A stretch of DNA of 64,000 nucleotides from Lentisphaeria bacterium (GTDB lineage Bacteria; Verrucomicrobiota; Lentisphaeria; JABSQK01; JAWLHB01), in NCBI GenBank assembly GCA_041690595.1, contig JAWLHB010000046.1, positions 1 through 64,000 of the forward strand, written 5' to 3'. A program made the translations under genes and the position numbers. Below are positions 19,363-28,872 of the stretch, one piece after another; within the stretch, counting starts at the first letter, position 1; each line of letters begins with the position of its first letter. The notes under the pieces were generated by a model. The model saw nothing but the letters and a program-made list of their open reading frames with translations, made no database searches and was not told the DNA's origin.

Positions 19363-19818
19363 TCAGCCGGGCGCGCTGATGAGGAAGGTCACCACGCTGG
19401 CGACGTAGCATGCCAGGCCGATGACGAGGAGCAGCAGCTCGATCCGGTAGAATCGCGTCTTGCGATTGCGGTAGTCGATCACCGTGACAAGCATCTCCCG
19501 ATCCGCGACAGCGGTGATCTGCGTGATCCAGTTGATGCTGAGCGTACCGATCAACACGCAGACGATCGAGGCCAGGACGAAGACGATCCCGATGGCAATG
19601 CTGTACCGCGCCAGCGCACTCGTCTCGGCGATCTTGGGGCCGGAAAAGCCGGTGATGGTGAGGGTCAGCGTCGACAGCGTGAGGAGAAACTGCGTACGTG
19701 CCTGAAGCACCTGAAACTGCTCGTTGATCACCTTTACGCAGGCAGGCATGATCTGAGCCGCCCCCTCGTGCCAGGCCAGGAGCCGATCCGCTTCTTCTTC
19801 CGGGGTCAGTTTGTCCAT
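19363..19818 (-). CDS. Hypothetical membrane protein (about 3 TM)
   Basis: Hydrophobic segments; directly downstream of the coiled-coil gene. Confidence 0.75.
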   Translation of the reverse strand: MDKLTPEEEADRLLAWHEGAAQIMPACVKVINEQFQVLQARTQFLLTLSTLTLTITGFSGPKIAETSALARYSIAIGIVFVLASIVCVLIGTLSINWITQITAVADREMLVTVIDYRNRKTRFYRIELLLLVIGLACYVASVVTFLISAPG

Positions 19819-19834
19819 GGCGACTGGCTTGGGG

Positions 19835-22174
19835 TTAGGCGCTGGGAGGTCGCGGGCCGGGCGTTATCTTCTTCACCCGCTTGCCGGGTGCCGCGCCCTG
19901 TTCCTTCACCGCCGCGGCCAGCTTGTCGATCTTCTCGCGCAGGATCTGGTTCTCGATTTTCAGGACTTCGACTTCCTCATTGCCGACAGGCGGCGGCTGA
20001 GTGGCCAGCTTCTCGCGCAGCAACTTGCCAACCGCGTTGAGCTTGTGAATCTCCCTGGCGGCTGCCTCGCTCCTCGCCTTCAACTGCGCCTCGAGGCCGA
20101 CAACCCGCTTCTTCAGCTCGGTAGCTTCGTCGGCGGTATCCGCCTGCTGGCGCAGATACTTGTTCTCGATGGTCAGTTGGGCGAGCTGCTTCTTGAGCGC
20201 CTTCTGCGGGTCATCGGCGGCATCGACATCCTGGATGTTCTTCAGCTTCGCCTCGATGTCCTGGGCCTGCTTCCGTGCGGTCTCGGCGTCATGCTCCGCG
20301 CGCTCGGCGGCTTGTCTGGCAAGCTCCACCTCGTCGCGTGCCGCGCTCGTCCGCAGCTTCGCCTCTTCGGCTTCCTGGCGCAGCGATTCCGCCTCCGCCA
20401 CGGCCTTTTCGGCGCGCAGACGATGCTCATCAGCCAACCGCTGCAAGGCTTCCAGCTCTTCCCGATCGGTTCCGGCGCTCGTCTGGCTCTCGCTCTCGCG
20501 GCTGACGGCATGCTCCAGCTTCTTCTCGGCGATCGCCTTCTGGGTGGCCAGCTCCTTCATCCTCACCGCAGTCTGCTGAAGCTTCTCACGCAAGACATTG
20601 CGTTCCGCGATAACGGTAGCCATCTGCTTGCGTGAGTCGACGGACGCGGCATCACCTTGGGCAGAGGATTCCTCGGCAGCCTGCTGGACCGCCTGAACTC
20701 GCTCCACCTCCTGCTTCAGCTGGTTCTCGCTCTCCTGTGCTTCCGCCAGCCTGGCCTCGAGCGCGGTGAGTTGCTCCTGAAGCTCCACGACCTTTTGTTC
20801 GCCGGCACGGACGGCTTCACCGCGAGCCGTCTCAGCGGCACTGCAACGGGCGGCGGCATCGGTTGCGGCCTGCTCCGCCGTTGCCAGCTTCCCTGCCAAC
20901 TCGTCCCGCTCCCGGATGCCGGCATCGGCGGCTTCGACTGCCTCGGCGGCCACCTTGCGCACACGCTCCATTTCCGCGAGGCTCTCCGTTTCCCTGACGG
21001 TCGACTGCTCCAACTTGAGCTGCAACTCGCGATGCTCCCTGGCCAGTTCCTCGTGCTGCTTGTCGGCGGCGGCCACTTGGTGCTCCAGCTTCGCCTTCTC
21101 GGCAGACCATTGCTTCTGCGCTTCCAGCAGAGCCCCGTACTTCGGCAGGATCGCCTTGTTCTTCGCCTCATGCTCCGCTGCCTTCACCGCCAGTTCCCGG
21201 ATCTTCTCGGTGAGCTTCTGTTCCCGCTCGGCGGCGACGGCAAGGGCCTTATCCTGCTCTTTCACCCGACGGCCATTCTCCACCTTCTCCTTCATCACTT
21301 CCGAAAGCTTCTCCCGCGTCAGACGGAGATCGATCTTCGCCTGATTGGCCTCGGCCTCACGTTCTTCGCGCGCCTGTGCCGCGACGGCCTGCTCCTGACG
21401 GCTGACCGCAAGTTTATGGTTAAGCGTCTCGCGCTCCTCGGTCAGTGCGCTCACCTGCTTGCGCAGGTTTTCCCGCTCGCCAGCACCGGTTTCAGCTTCC
21501 TTCTTGAGCCGGACCGCCTGCACGCGTGCGTCACCCTCGCGTTGTCGGGCCTCTTCGAGGGCCTTGTGCGCCTGATCCAGCTCACTCTGCAACTGGTCTG
21601 CCCGGCGGGTCTGCGTGTCGCGCTCACGGCCGATGGTATCGCGCTCACGGCTGGCTGCATCCCGCTCCTTCTCCAAATCCTGCACTCGGGCCGTCAGTTC
21701 CTGCAACTGGTTGTAGTATTGACGGCTGTTGACGATAGCCAGCTCCAGATCATGCTGGTTGTGGGCCTGCTCCATGGCCATCTCCTTGATGGCTTCACGC
21801 AGCTCGCTGTTCTCCGCTCGCTTCATCTCCAGTTCAGCGTGCAATTGCGAAGATCGCGCGCTGTCGCTGGTATGCGCCTCCAACTCGGCGATGCGGTGCA
21901 GGAGCGTATCGATCTCCGCCTCGAGATGCGGTACCAGATGCTCTTCGGCAATCGTCTCGCCCTGTTGCGAATGTCCCGGCTTGAGAACCTTCAGCGTCGG
22001 AGGTTTCGCAATCGGCTGGGGGAGCTGATTGCCGCCACCTCCCGCTTGTCCCGGCCGCTGAATCTTCTGGCCACAGGCGGGGCAGGCAAAACCCTCTGTC
22101 CACTCATCAAGAGAACGTCTCACGCTCGCGCCGCACTGGGCGCACAGCAGGGCGATGGTTTGGCCGCTGTTCAC
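19835..22174 (-). CDS. Long coiled-coil protein with N-terminal zinc ribbon
   Basis: CAQC...CPAC followed by about 680 aa of E/K/A/R/Q-rich heptad sequence; no Walker A motif. Confidence 0.85.
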   Translation of the reverse strand: MNSGQTIALLCAQCGASVRRSLDEWTEGFACPACGQKIQRPGQAGGGGNQLPQPIAKPPTLKVLKPGHSQQGETIAEEHLVPHLEAEIDTLLHRIAELEAHTSDSARSSQLHAELEMKRAENSELREAIKEMAMEQAHNQHDLELAIVNSRQYYNQLQELTARVQDLEKERDAASRERDTIGRERDTQTRRADQLQSELDQAHKALEEARQREGDARVQAVRLKKEAETGAGERENLRKQVSALTEERETLNHKLAVSRQEQAVAAQAREEREAEANQAKIDLRLTREKLSEVMKEKVENGRRVKEQDKALAVAAEREQKLTEKIRELAVKAAEHEAKNKAILPKYGALLEAQKQWSAEKAKLEHQVAAADKQHEELAREHRELQLKLEQSTVRETESLAEMERVRKVAAEAVEAADAGIRERDELAGKLATAEQAATDAAARCSAAETARGEAVRAGEQKVVELQEQLTALEARLAEAQESENQLKQEVERVQAVQQAAEESSAQGDAASVDSRKQMATVIAERNVLREKLQQTAVRMKELATQKAIAEKKLEHAVSRESESQTSAGTDREELEALQRLADEHRLRAEKAVAEAESLRQEAEEAKLRTSAARDEVELARQAAERAEHDAETARKQAQDIEAKLKNIQDVDAADDPQKALKKQLAQLTIENKYLRQQADTADEATELKKRVVGLEAQLKARSEAAAREIHKLNAVGKLLREKLATQPPPVGNEEVEVLKIENQILREKIDKLAAAVKEQGAAPGKRVKKITPGPRPPSA

Positions 22175-22280
22175 GGTGGAACACCTGTCACTGAGGGATG
22201 AAGGTTCGGGTTCGGAAAACAGAACCGTACAATTGACCGGCGAAAGCCCTCGGTCAAGTCGTTTTTATAGACATCGTTTC

Positions 22281-22309
22281 TTGACAAGAGAGCCCAGCTC
22301 CAATATGAT
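22281..22309 (+). promoter_or_regulatory. Sigma-70-type promoter
   Basis: TTGACA-N17-TATGAT about 60 bp upstream of the ATG at 22369. Confidence 0.7.
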
Positions 22310-22368
22310 GTGAGGTGTCAGAATTCGAGGCGCAACCGAAAACGAAACTTCCCCCGGGACTCCTGTTC

Positions 22369-23484
22369 ATGAAACATTGGGCCTCTCTCCTCCTCCTGCC
22401 GCTCCTCGCCGGCCTTACTCTGGCGACCTCCGGTTGTATTGAATTTACCTCACTCATGAAGCTCAATGCCGATGGCAGCGGCGCCATTCACCTCCGCTTT
22501 CTCGTTGACGATAACAAGCTGCAGAGCAACGTCAAGACCTTCCAGGCGCGACTGCAGAAAGTCTCCGAAGAGATGCAGGCACAGGGAAACCCTGCCGCCG
22601 AGAGCTTCCTGATGAAGCAGGAGGATATCGACATGATGCTCGCCAAGGTGCGCGCCACCCGCATGTACAACAAGCAGCAACTCGAACAGGTCGCGGCAAG
22701 CATGGGGCCCGGCGTTCGGCTCGTCAAATCCAAAGAGATCGACGAGAATGGTCGGCGCGGCTTCCTGGCAGAGTTCAGTTTTCCCGATGTGACCCTCCTC
22801 AAGCTCGAAGAGGCTGGTCAGACACTTTCTTCCGTGATCGCTGAAAAGCAGTTGGCCGCGGGTGGCAACGGCAGTTCCCCCGGCGGCGGCATGATGGGCG
22901 GTCTGATGGGCGGCATGATGGGCGGCATGGCCAACAAGGAACCACAGACAGCCGATGCCGCCCCAAAGCCCGGCTTGCGCTTCGAATTCAGCAAGGGCGA
23001 ACCCGCTGTTCTCACCGTCGTACCCCTGAACACCGGCACGCCTGCCACCCAGAACCCCGACGCGCCCCCGGATATGCCGCCGGAGATGATGCCGCCCGAA
23101 GACATGCCGCCTGACATGATGCCCCCTGACATGATGCCCCCTGATATGCAGGCAAACATGCAGCAGCAGATGACCGACATGGTTGCCAAGATGGTCTCCG
23201 TCGTGCAGCCGATTGTCGACGGCGTGACCATCGCCAGCTATTTGCAGGTCAACGGCTGGATCGTTGAAACGAATGCCGAGCACCGCTTGCAGAAGCACCC
23301 GAACACGCTGACGATGCTCTATGTCGATTTGGGACGCTTCGTTGGCAGTCTCAACGCGGAAACGCTTATGGGGATGATGAAGGCTGGTGAACAGTCCGCC
23401 GCCATGCGGTTGCTCGCACTGCCGGGTCTGAAGGTGCAGGACCCGCAAAAGCAATTGACGGTGAAGTTCAGCCAGCAGCGATAA
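22369..23484 (+). CDS. Hypothetical lipoprotein with Met/Pro-rich repeats
   Basis: Signal peptide ending LATSGC, then C..LNADGSG; GMMGG and DMMPP repeats. Confidence 0.8.
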   Translation: MKHWASLLLLPLLAGLTLATSGCIEFTSLMKLNADGSGAIHLRFLVDDNKLQSNVKTFQARLQKVSEEMQAQGNPAAESFLMKQEDIDMMLAKVRATRMYNKQQLEQVAASMGPGVRLVKSKEIDENGRRGFLAEFSFPDVTLLKLEEAGQTLSSVIAEKQLAAGGNGSSPGGGMMGGLMGGMMGGMANKEPQTADAAPKPGLRFEFSKGEPAVLTVVPLNTGTPATQNPDAPPDMPPEMMPPEDMPPDMMPPDMMPPDMQANMQQQMTDMVAKMVSVVQPIVDGVTIASYLQVNGWIVETNAEHRLQKHPNTLTMLYVDLGRFVGSLNAETLMGMMKAGEQSAAMRLLALPGLKVQDPQKQLTVKFSQQR

Positions 23485-23571
23485 AACCTGGGGGGGCTGC
23501 CGGGACGGCGTTCCATGCGCCATGCGCCTTGAGCCCCGAGTGGGAACACGACACACGAGGAGGGGAGACGT

Positions 23572-24966
23572 ATGGATACGATCAAGATTAATCTGGCCGA
23601 CAGCGACATTCCGCGCCAATGGTACAACCTGGCTGCCGACCTGCCGACACCCATGCAGCCGCCGCTGCTTCCCGATGGGTCACCCGTCGGGCCGGAACAT
23701 CTCGCGCCGGTTTTCCCGATGAACCTGATCGAGCAGGAGGTCAGTACCCAGCGCTGGATTGACATTCCGGACGAGATCATCGATATCCTCTATCGCTGGC
23801 GCCCATCGCCCTTGCGCCGCGCTGTCTGGCTCGAAAAGGCCCTCAACACGCCCGCCAAGATCTACTTCAAGGACGAAAGCGTCAGCCCTCCCGGCAGCCA
23901 TAAGCCCAATACCGCCGTGCCGCAGGCCTGGTACAACAAGCAGTTCGGCATCAAGAGCCTGACCACCGAGACCGGCGCCGGTCAGTGGGGCAGCGCCCTC
24001 AGCTTTGCCTGCAAGCTCATCGGGCTCGAATGCAAGGTCTTCATGGTCCGCATCAGCTATGATCAGAAGCCATTCCGCAAGATCATGATGCAGATCTGGG
24101 ACGGTAAATGCATTGCCAGTCCCAGCATGGAGACCGCCGCCGGCAGGGCCATCCTCGAGAAGACGCCCAATACCCCGGGCAGCCTTGGCATCGCCATCAG
24201 CGAAGCTGTCGAAGCCGCTGTCACCGATCCCACCGGCAGCACCCGCTATGCCCTCGGAAGCGTCCTCAACCATGTCCTCCTGCACCAGACCATCATCGGC
24301 CTTGAAGCCAAGAAGCAGCTCGCTTCCATCGGCATCAAGAAGCCCGACGTGGTCATCGGCTGCTGTGGTGGCGGCAGCAACTTCGCCGGGATCGCCTTCC
24401 CCTTCGTCCAGGACAAGATCAATGGCGCCGACATCGACATCTTCCCGGTCGAGCCATCTGCCTGTCCGACGCTGACGCGGGCGCCCTACGTCTACGATTA
24501 CGGCGACACTGCCGGCATGACCCCACTGCTGGCCATGCACAGTCTCGGCCACAACTTCATGCCCCCGCCCATCCATGCCGGTGGCTTGCGCTATCATGGT
24601 GTCGCGCCCCTCGTTTCTCAGGCGATCATCGAAGGGCTGCTCGAGCCCAAGTCGTACGACCAGATCTCCTGCTACAAGGCCGCCATGCTCTGGGCGCAGA
24701 CCGAAGGCTTCATCTGCGCGCCAGAGACCAGTCACGCCCTCGCGGCTGTCGTCGATTCCGCCATTCAGGCCAGGGAAGAAGGCAAGGAGAAGAGCATCCT
24801 CTTCTGCCTCTCCGGCCACGGCATGATGGACATGCTTGCCTACGACAACTATCTGTCGGGACGCCTCACCGATGCAACGCTTCCAGATGAAGTCCTGATC
24901 GAAGCCGCCAAGAGCCTCGAAGGACTGCCCAAGCCCGAAGCACGTCGGTCTGGCCGCTGGGCCTGA
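23572..24966 (+). CDS. trpB2: TrpB-like PLP enzyme (tryptophan synthase beta chain 2)
   Basis: IPRQWYNL, GSHKPNTA (PLP lysine), TETGAGQWG, GGGSNFAG, HAGGLRYHG, LSGHG. Confidence 0.95.
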   Translation: MDTIKINLADSDIPRQWYNLAADLPTPMQPPLLPDGSPVGPEHLAPVFPMNLIEQEVSTQRWIDIPDEIIDILYRWRPSPLRRAVWLEKALNTPAKIYFKDESVSPPGSHKPNTAVPQAWYNKQFGIKSLTTETGAGQWGSALSFACKLIGLECKVFMVRISYDQKPFRKIMMQIWDGKCIASPSMETAAGRAILEKTPNTPGSLGIAISEAVEAAVTDPTGSTRYALGSVLNHVLLHQTIIGLEAKKQLASIGIKKPDVVIGCCGGGSNFAGIAFPFVQDKINGADIDIFPVEPSACPTLTRAPYVYDYGDTAGMTPLLAMHSLGHNFMPPPIHAGGLRYHGVAPLVSQAIIEGLLEPKSYDQISCYKAAMLWAQTEGFICAPETSHALAAVVDSAIQAREEGKEKSILFCLSGHGMMDMLAYDNYLSGRLTDATLPDEVLIEAAKSLEGLPKPEARRSGRWA

Positions 24967-24986
24967 CGACTGCGCCGGCCATTCAC

Positions 24987-25028
24987 AGGCAGGGGAGTGG
25001 GGTTCGCCTTCGCTCCCTTGCCTTTTTT
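24987..25028 (+). terminator. Rho-independent terminator
   Basis: AGGCAGGGGAGTG...CGCTCCCTTGCCT stem followed by a T-run. Confidence 0.75.
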
Positions 25029-25105
25029 GTCTCCCCATGTCTCGAGAACGCGATATATTACGCCATGAAGATCGCCGATCCATCAGTAATCGAAGAAAGG
25101 ACCCG

Positions 25106-26530
25106 ATGCCCATGACGCAAGATGACCTGAAGCGCACCGTGCAGCAGCATGGCCAGGAGCATGTACTTCGCTATACCGACTCCTGCACGAGTGAAGAAGC
25201 GGCTGAACTCTTTGCGCAACTGCGGGAGATCGACTGGCGCGCCCTCCCCGAATGGCTCGCTACCTATGTCCACAAGAAGCCCGACTTTCACCTCCCCGAC
25301 GATCTGGAGCCCGCCCCTTTCTACCCCGTTGAACCCGAGGATGATGCCCAGCGCAAGCTCTACGCGGACGCCGATGCGTGCGGCTGGCAACTCCTGCGGG
25401 ACGGCAAGGTAGCCGCCTTCACCGTGGCTGGCGGCCAGGGCACGCGACTCGGCTTCGATGGCCCCAAGGGAACCTTCCCGGTCGGCCCCATCACTCGCAA
25501 GAGCCTCTTCCAGTGGTTCGCCGAGAGCCTCTTGCGCTGGGGAGAACGCGCCGGGAAGACAATCCCCTGGTACATCATGACCAGCCCCATGAACGACACT
25601 CCCACCCGCGACTACTTCGCCGAGAACCAGTACTTCGGCCTCGCTCCCGAGGATGTCACCTTCTTCCCGCAGGGCGTCATGCCCGCCTTCAGTTATGACG
25701 GTAAACTCCTTCTGGCTGACAAGTGCCACCTCGCCATTGCTCCCGATGGTCACGGCGGCAGCCTCAAGGCGCTCTCCCGGTCCGGCGCCCTCGACGACAT
25801 GAAGCGGCGCGGCATCGAGCATGTCTCCTACTTTCAGGTCGACAACCCGCTCGTCTCCGTGGTCAATCCGCGCTTCCTCGGCCTCCATCACCTCACCGGC
25901 TCCGAGATGAGCAGCCGCTCCTTGCCGAAGAGTGGCCCCCATGAGAAGATCGGCGCCTTCTGCCGCAGCGAAGGAAGACTCCTCATCGTCGAGTACAGCG
26001 ATCTCCCCGATCGCCTCGCCGAAGCCACCGACGAGAATGGTCGCCTCCGCTACCTCGCCGGCAGCCCCGCCATCCACGTGCTTCGCCGCTCCTTCGTCGA
26101 GCGGCTCAACCAGGGTGGCTCCTTCCAGCTTCCCTTCCACCGCGCCGACAAGAAGATCCCGTACCTCGATGCCGACGGCAAGCTGGTGCAGCCCTCCGAA
26201 GCAAACGGCGTCAAGCTCGAGACCTTTGTCTTCGATGCGCTCCCCCTGGCCGAGAAGCCGATCGTCGTCGAAGCCTTGCGCGAGGATGAATTTGCCCCAG
26301 TCAAGAACGCCACCGGGGTGGACAGTATCGTCTCCTCACGCCGCCTCATGCAGGAACGTTTCGCCCGCTGGCTGACCGCCCGTGGCATCGATGTACCACG
26401 CGATCGGCAGGGCGAACTCGCCTGCGCTCTCGAAATCTCACCACGCCGCTATGTCACCGAAGACGACTTTGCGGCGGATTCCAGGCAAGGGCTCTTCATC
26501 GCCCCTTCCGAGTCGATCTACTATTCATGA
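25106..26530 (+). CDS. UDPGP type 1 family / UDP-N-acetylglucosamine pyrophosphorylase
   Basis: VAGGQGTRLGFDGPKG, PDGHGG, QVDNPL, VEYSDL, KLETFVFD, EFAPVKN. Confidence 0.92.
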   Translation: MPMTQDDLKRTVQQHGQEHVLRYTDSCTSEEAAELFAQLREIDWRALPEWLATYVHKKPDFHLPDDLEPAPFYPVEPEDDAQRKLYADADACGWQLLRDGKVAAFTVAGGQGTRLGFDGPKGTFPVGPITRKSLFQWFAESLLRWGERAGKTIPWYIMTSPMNDTPTRDYFAENQYFGLAPEDVTFFPQGVMPAFSYDGKLLLADKCHLAIAPDGHGGSLKALSRSGALDDMKRRGIEHVSYFQVDNPLVSVVNPRFLGLHHLTGSEMSSRSLPKSGPHEKIGAFCRSEGRLLIVEYSDLPDRLAEATDENGRLRYLAGSPAIHVLRRSFVERLNQGGSFQLPFHRADKKIPYLDADGKLVQPSEANGVKLETFVFDALPLAEKPIVVEALREDEFAPVKNATGVDSIVSSRRLMQERFARWLTARGIDVPRDRQGELACALEISPRRYVTEDDFAADSRQGLFIAPSESIYYS

Positions 26531-26880
26531 ATCAGCCTCGCCTTATCGTCTATCCGCTGACGGAAGTGGCCATTGACCACGAGCAGGTGGCCCGCAACCT
26601 CACGCTGGCCTGCCATCGCGCCAATGGTCATTACCGCATTACCGGCGTCTGCCAGACCTCCTCCAATGCCTGCTTCCCATGCGAAGAGGTCATCGGAGCG
26701 CCCTCCATGCGTTACGTCCTGGCGCCTCTGGAGGCGGAGCCCATCGAAGCTCTCGCCGCCAATCTCCATACGCGATGGACTTCAGGCTTCACCACCCTCG
26801 GCATGCTGCAATTCGACGAGGTCTGCCTCGGCCTCTTTGCCATTCCTGCTGATTCCCGCCAAGGCGACACGCCAACCTGA
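26527..26880 (+). CDS. Hypothetical protein
   Basis: 117-aa ORF coupled by an ATGA overlap between the pyrophosphorylase and arsC. Confidence 0.6.
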   Translation: MNQPRLIVYPLTEVAIDHEQVARNLTLACHRANGHYRITGVCQTSSNACFPCEEVIGAPSMRYVLAPLEAEPIEALAANLHTRWTSGFTTLGMLQFDEVCLGLFAIPADSRQGDTPT

Positions 26881-26894
26881 ACGACGGATCAACC

Positions 26895-27245
26895 ATGAGC
26901 GATACCACCATTTTCCACAATCCTCGCTGCGGCAAGAGCCGTCAGACCCTCGCTCTGCTGCAAGCTGAAGGCATTCAGCCAAACGTCGTCGAGTACCTGA
27001 AGAGCCCACCCGATACCCAGACCCTCGACAAGCTCCTGACGATGCTCGGCATGCAGCCTCAGGAGCTGATCCGCACCAAGGAAAAGGAATACGCCGACCT
27101 CGGCCTCGCCGAGCGCAACCTGTCGCGCGAGGAATGGCTGCAGGTGATGGTCGACCACCCGATCCTCATCGAGCGCCCCATCGTCGTCAAGGACGGTAAG
27201 GCCCGCATCGGACGGCCGCCGGAACTGGTGCGAGAGATCCTGTGA
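26895..27245 (+). CDS. arsC: Arsenate reductase, glutaredoxin-type ArsC family
   Basis: HNPRCGKSR, LIERPIVV, IGRPPE. Confidence 0.9.
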   Translation: MSDTTIFHNPRCGKSRQTLALLQAEGIQPNVVEYLKSPPDTQTLDKLLTMLGMQPQELIRTKEKEYADLGLAERNLSREEWLQVMVDHPILIERPIVVKDGKARIGRPPELVREIL

Positions 27246-27249
27246 CCGC

Positions 27250-28719
27250 TCAGTCCGTGTAGCCGGGAAGGCGCGTATCCGCCCAGGCGTGATCCTGGAT
27301 CAGGAGTCCCGTATCTGGATCTTCGCTGACCTCCAGGCGCGGATAGATCCGCCACTCGTCGCCGTCGAGCGCCTCGCTTTCGCCGCCCTCCTTCAGATGC
27401 GCGATGAGGCGTTTTCGCATCCCGTCGCGCACCTCCCGCAGGAAGGCCAGCCCCGCCCGGTTCCGCGTCTCCAGCGGATCCTGCTGCTTGTCGAAGAGGA
27501 ACTCGCGATTATCGGGAGCGCTGTAGATGTACTTCCAGTCGCGGGTCACGGCCATGTATTGAGCGGCCCCCGCGACATCATGCTGGCCGAAGACCATCTC
27601 ACGCTCCACCGAGCTGTTGCAGAGGTCGATCAGGCTGGCGCCATCGAGCGGATGCGACGAGATTGTCGCCTCGGCCACCTCCAGGAAGGTGGGGGCGAGA
27701 TCCACAAGGCTGACCGGCCGGTCGCACCGGCGGCCGCCATCGAAGGTGCCGGGAAGGCGGGCAAGCAGCGGAATCCGCGCCGCCGAATCATGCATGCTCC
27801 GCTTGCCGAAGCAATGGTAGTCCCCCAGATGCTCACCGTGGTCGCTGCTGTGGACGATCAGCGTGTTCTCCAGCTGCCCACTCTCTTCGAGCACCTTCAG
27901 GATCCGCCCGATCTGGTAGTCCACAAAGGAGATACTCGCGTAGTAGTAGGCCTTCTGGTTGCGCAGCAGATTCTGGTCGATGCCCTGATCGCGGTACTTG
28001 TAGCGGTTCTGCCGCCTGTTGATGTAGGTAAGCAGCGACTCATGGTCGGCGGGCACGTTGGGCAGCGGCATGAGCGGCGCCCGGTACAGCTTGTGCCAGG
28101 GGTTCGGCGGCGCAAAGGGCGGGTGCGGGTGAATGAAGCTGCTGAAGAGGAACCACGGCTCCCCGCTCGATGCCTGCTCGCGCAGAAAGGCCGTCGAGCG
28201 ATCTCCTACCCAGTGCGTCGGATGCAGATGTTGCGGCATCTGGGCCGGCTGTGGCACATAATACATCTCGCCCCGGATGCCGTGCGGATCGCAGATGTGG
28301 GCAAAGCCGTTCGCCCGCAGAAAGGTCATGTAGTCGTCTCGGCTCGGATCCGACACCATCTCCTCCGAACTCTCCCGCGACTGGAAGCCGCGCAGCGCAT
28401 GCAGATCCGGCGAAAAGTGACACTTGCCGATGCCGTGCGTCCGGTAGCCCGCCCGCACAAGGCCATCCATGAAGGATTCCCGATCCTGTGGCATCGGCGT
28501 GTTCTCCTTGCACCCGGTATGCAGCGGGTACTGCCCATGAATCATCGAGCAGCGCGCCGCCACACAGACCGGCGACGGCGTGAAGGCGTTGGTGAAGGCC
28601 ACTCCCTCCGTCGCCAGCCGATCCAGATTCGGCGTGCGGATGACTGGGTTACCCAGCGCGTGGATCGTGTCGTGACGCTGCTGATCCGTGAACAAGAGCA
28701 GAATATTGGGCCGTGCCAT
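27250..28719 (-). CDS. Sulfatase (formylglycine-dependent)
   Basis: MARPNILLLFTDQQR, CVAARCS (CxAxR), GKCH, SDHGE. True start at 28719 inside the longer track ORF. Confidence 0.92.
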   Translation of the reverse strand: MARPNILLLFTDQQRHDTIHALGNPVIRTPNLDRLATEGVAFTNAFTPSPVCVAARCSMIHGQYPLHTGCKENTPMPQDRESFMDGLVRAGYRTHGIGKCHFSPDLHALRGFQSRESSEEMVSDPSRDDYMTFLRANGFAHICDPHGIRGEMYYVPQPAQMPQHLHPTHWVGDRSTAFLREQASSGEPWFLFSSFIHPHPPFAPPNPWHKLYRAPLMPLPNVPADHESLLTYINRRQNRYKYRDQGIDQNLLRNQKAYYYASISFVDYQIGRILKVLEESGQLENTLIVHSSDHGEHLGDYHCFGKRSMHDSAARIPLLARLPGTFDGGRRCDRPVSLVDLAPTFLEVAEATISSHPLDGASLIDLCNSSVEREMVFGQHDVAGAAQYMAVTRDWKYIYSAPDNREFLFDKQQDPLETRNRAGLAFLREVRDGMRKRLIAHLKEGGESEALDGDEWRIYPRLEVSEDPDTGLLIQDHAWADTRLPGYTD

Positions 28720-28872
28720 TTTCGCCTCCCTGACGTAGCTGATGTAAGGTCGCTTTCCGTAACATGCGCCGTCGGCGCCGGATGTCCAGCCTCCCCGGCC
28801 AGCCGGTTGATCGGTCCCCGAGTTGCGCCATCCGCACGGCGCGGGTATCTTTGGAGAAAGGAGGATTCGACC

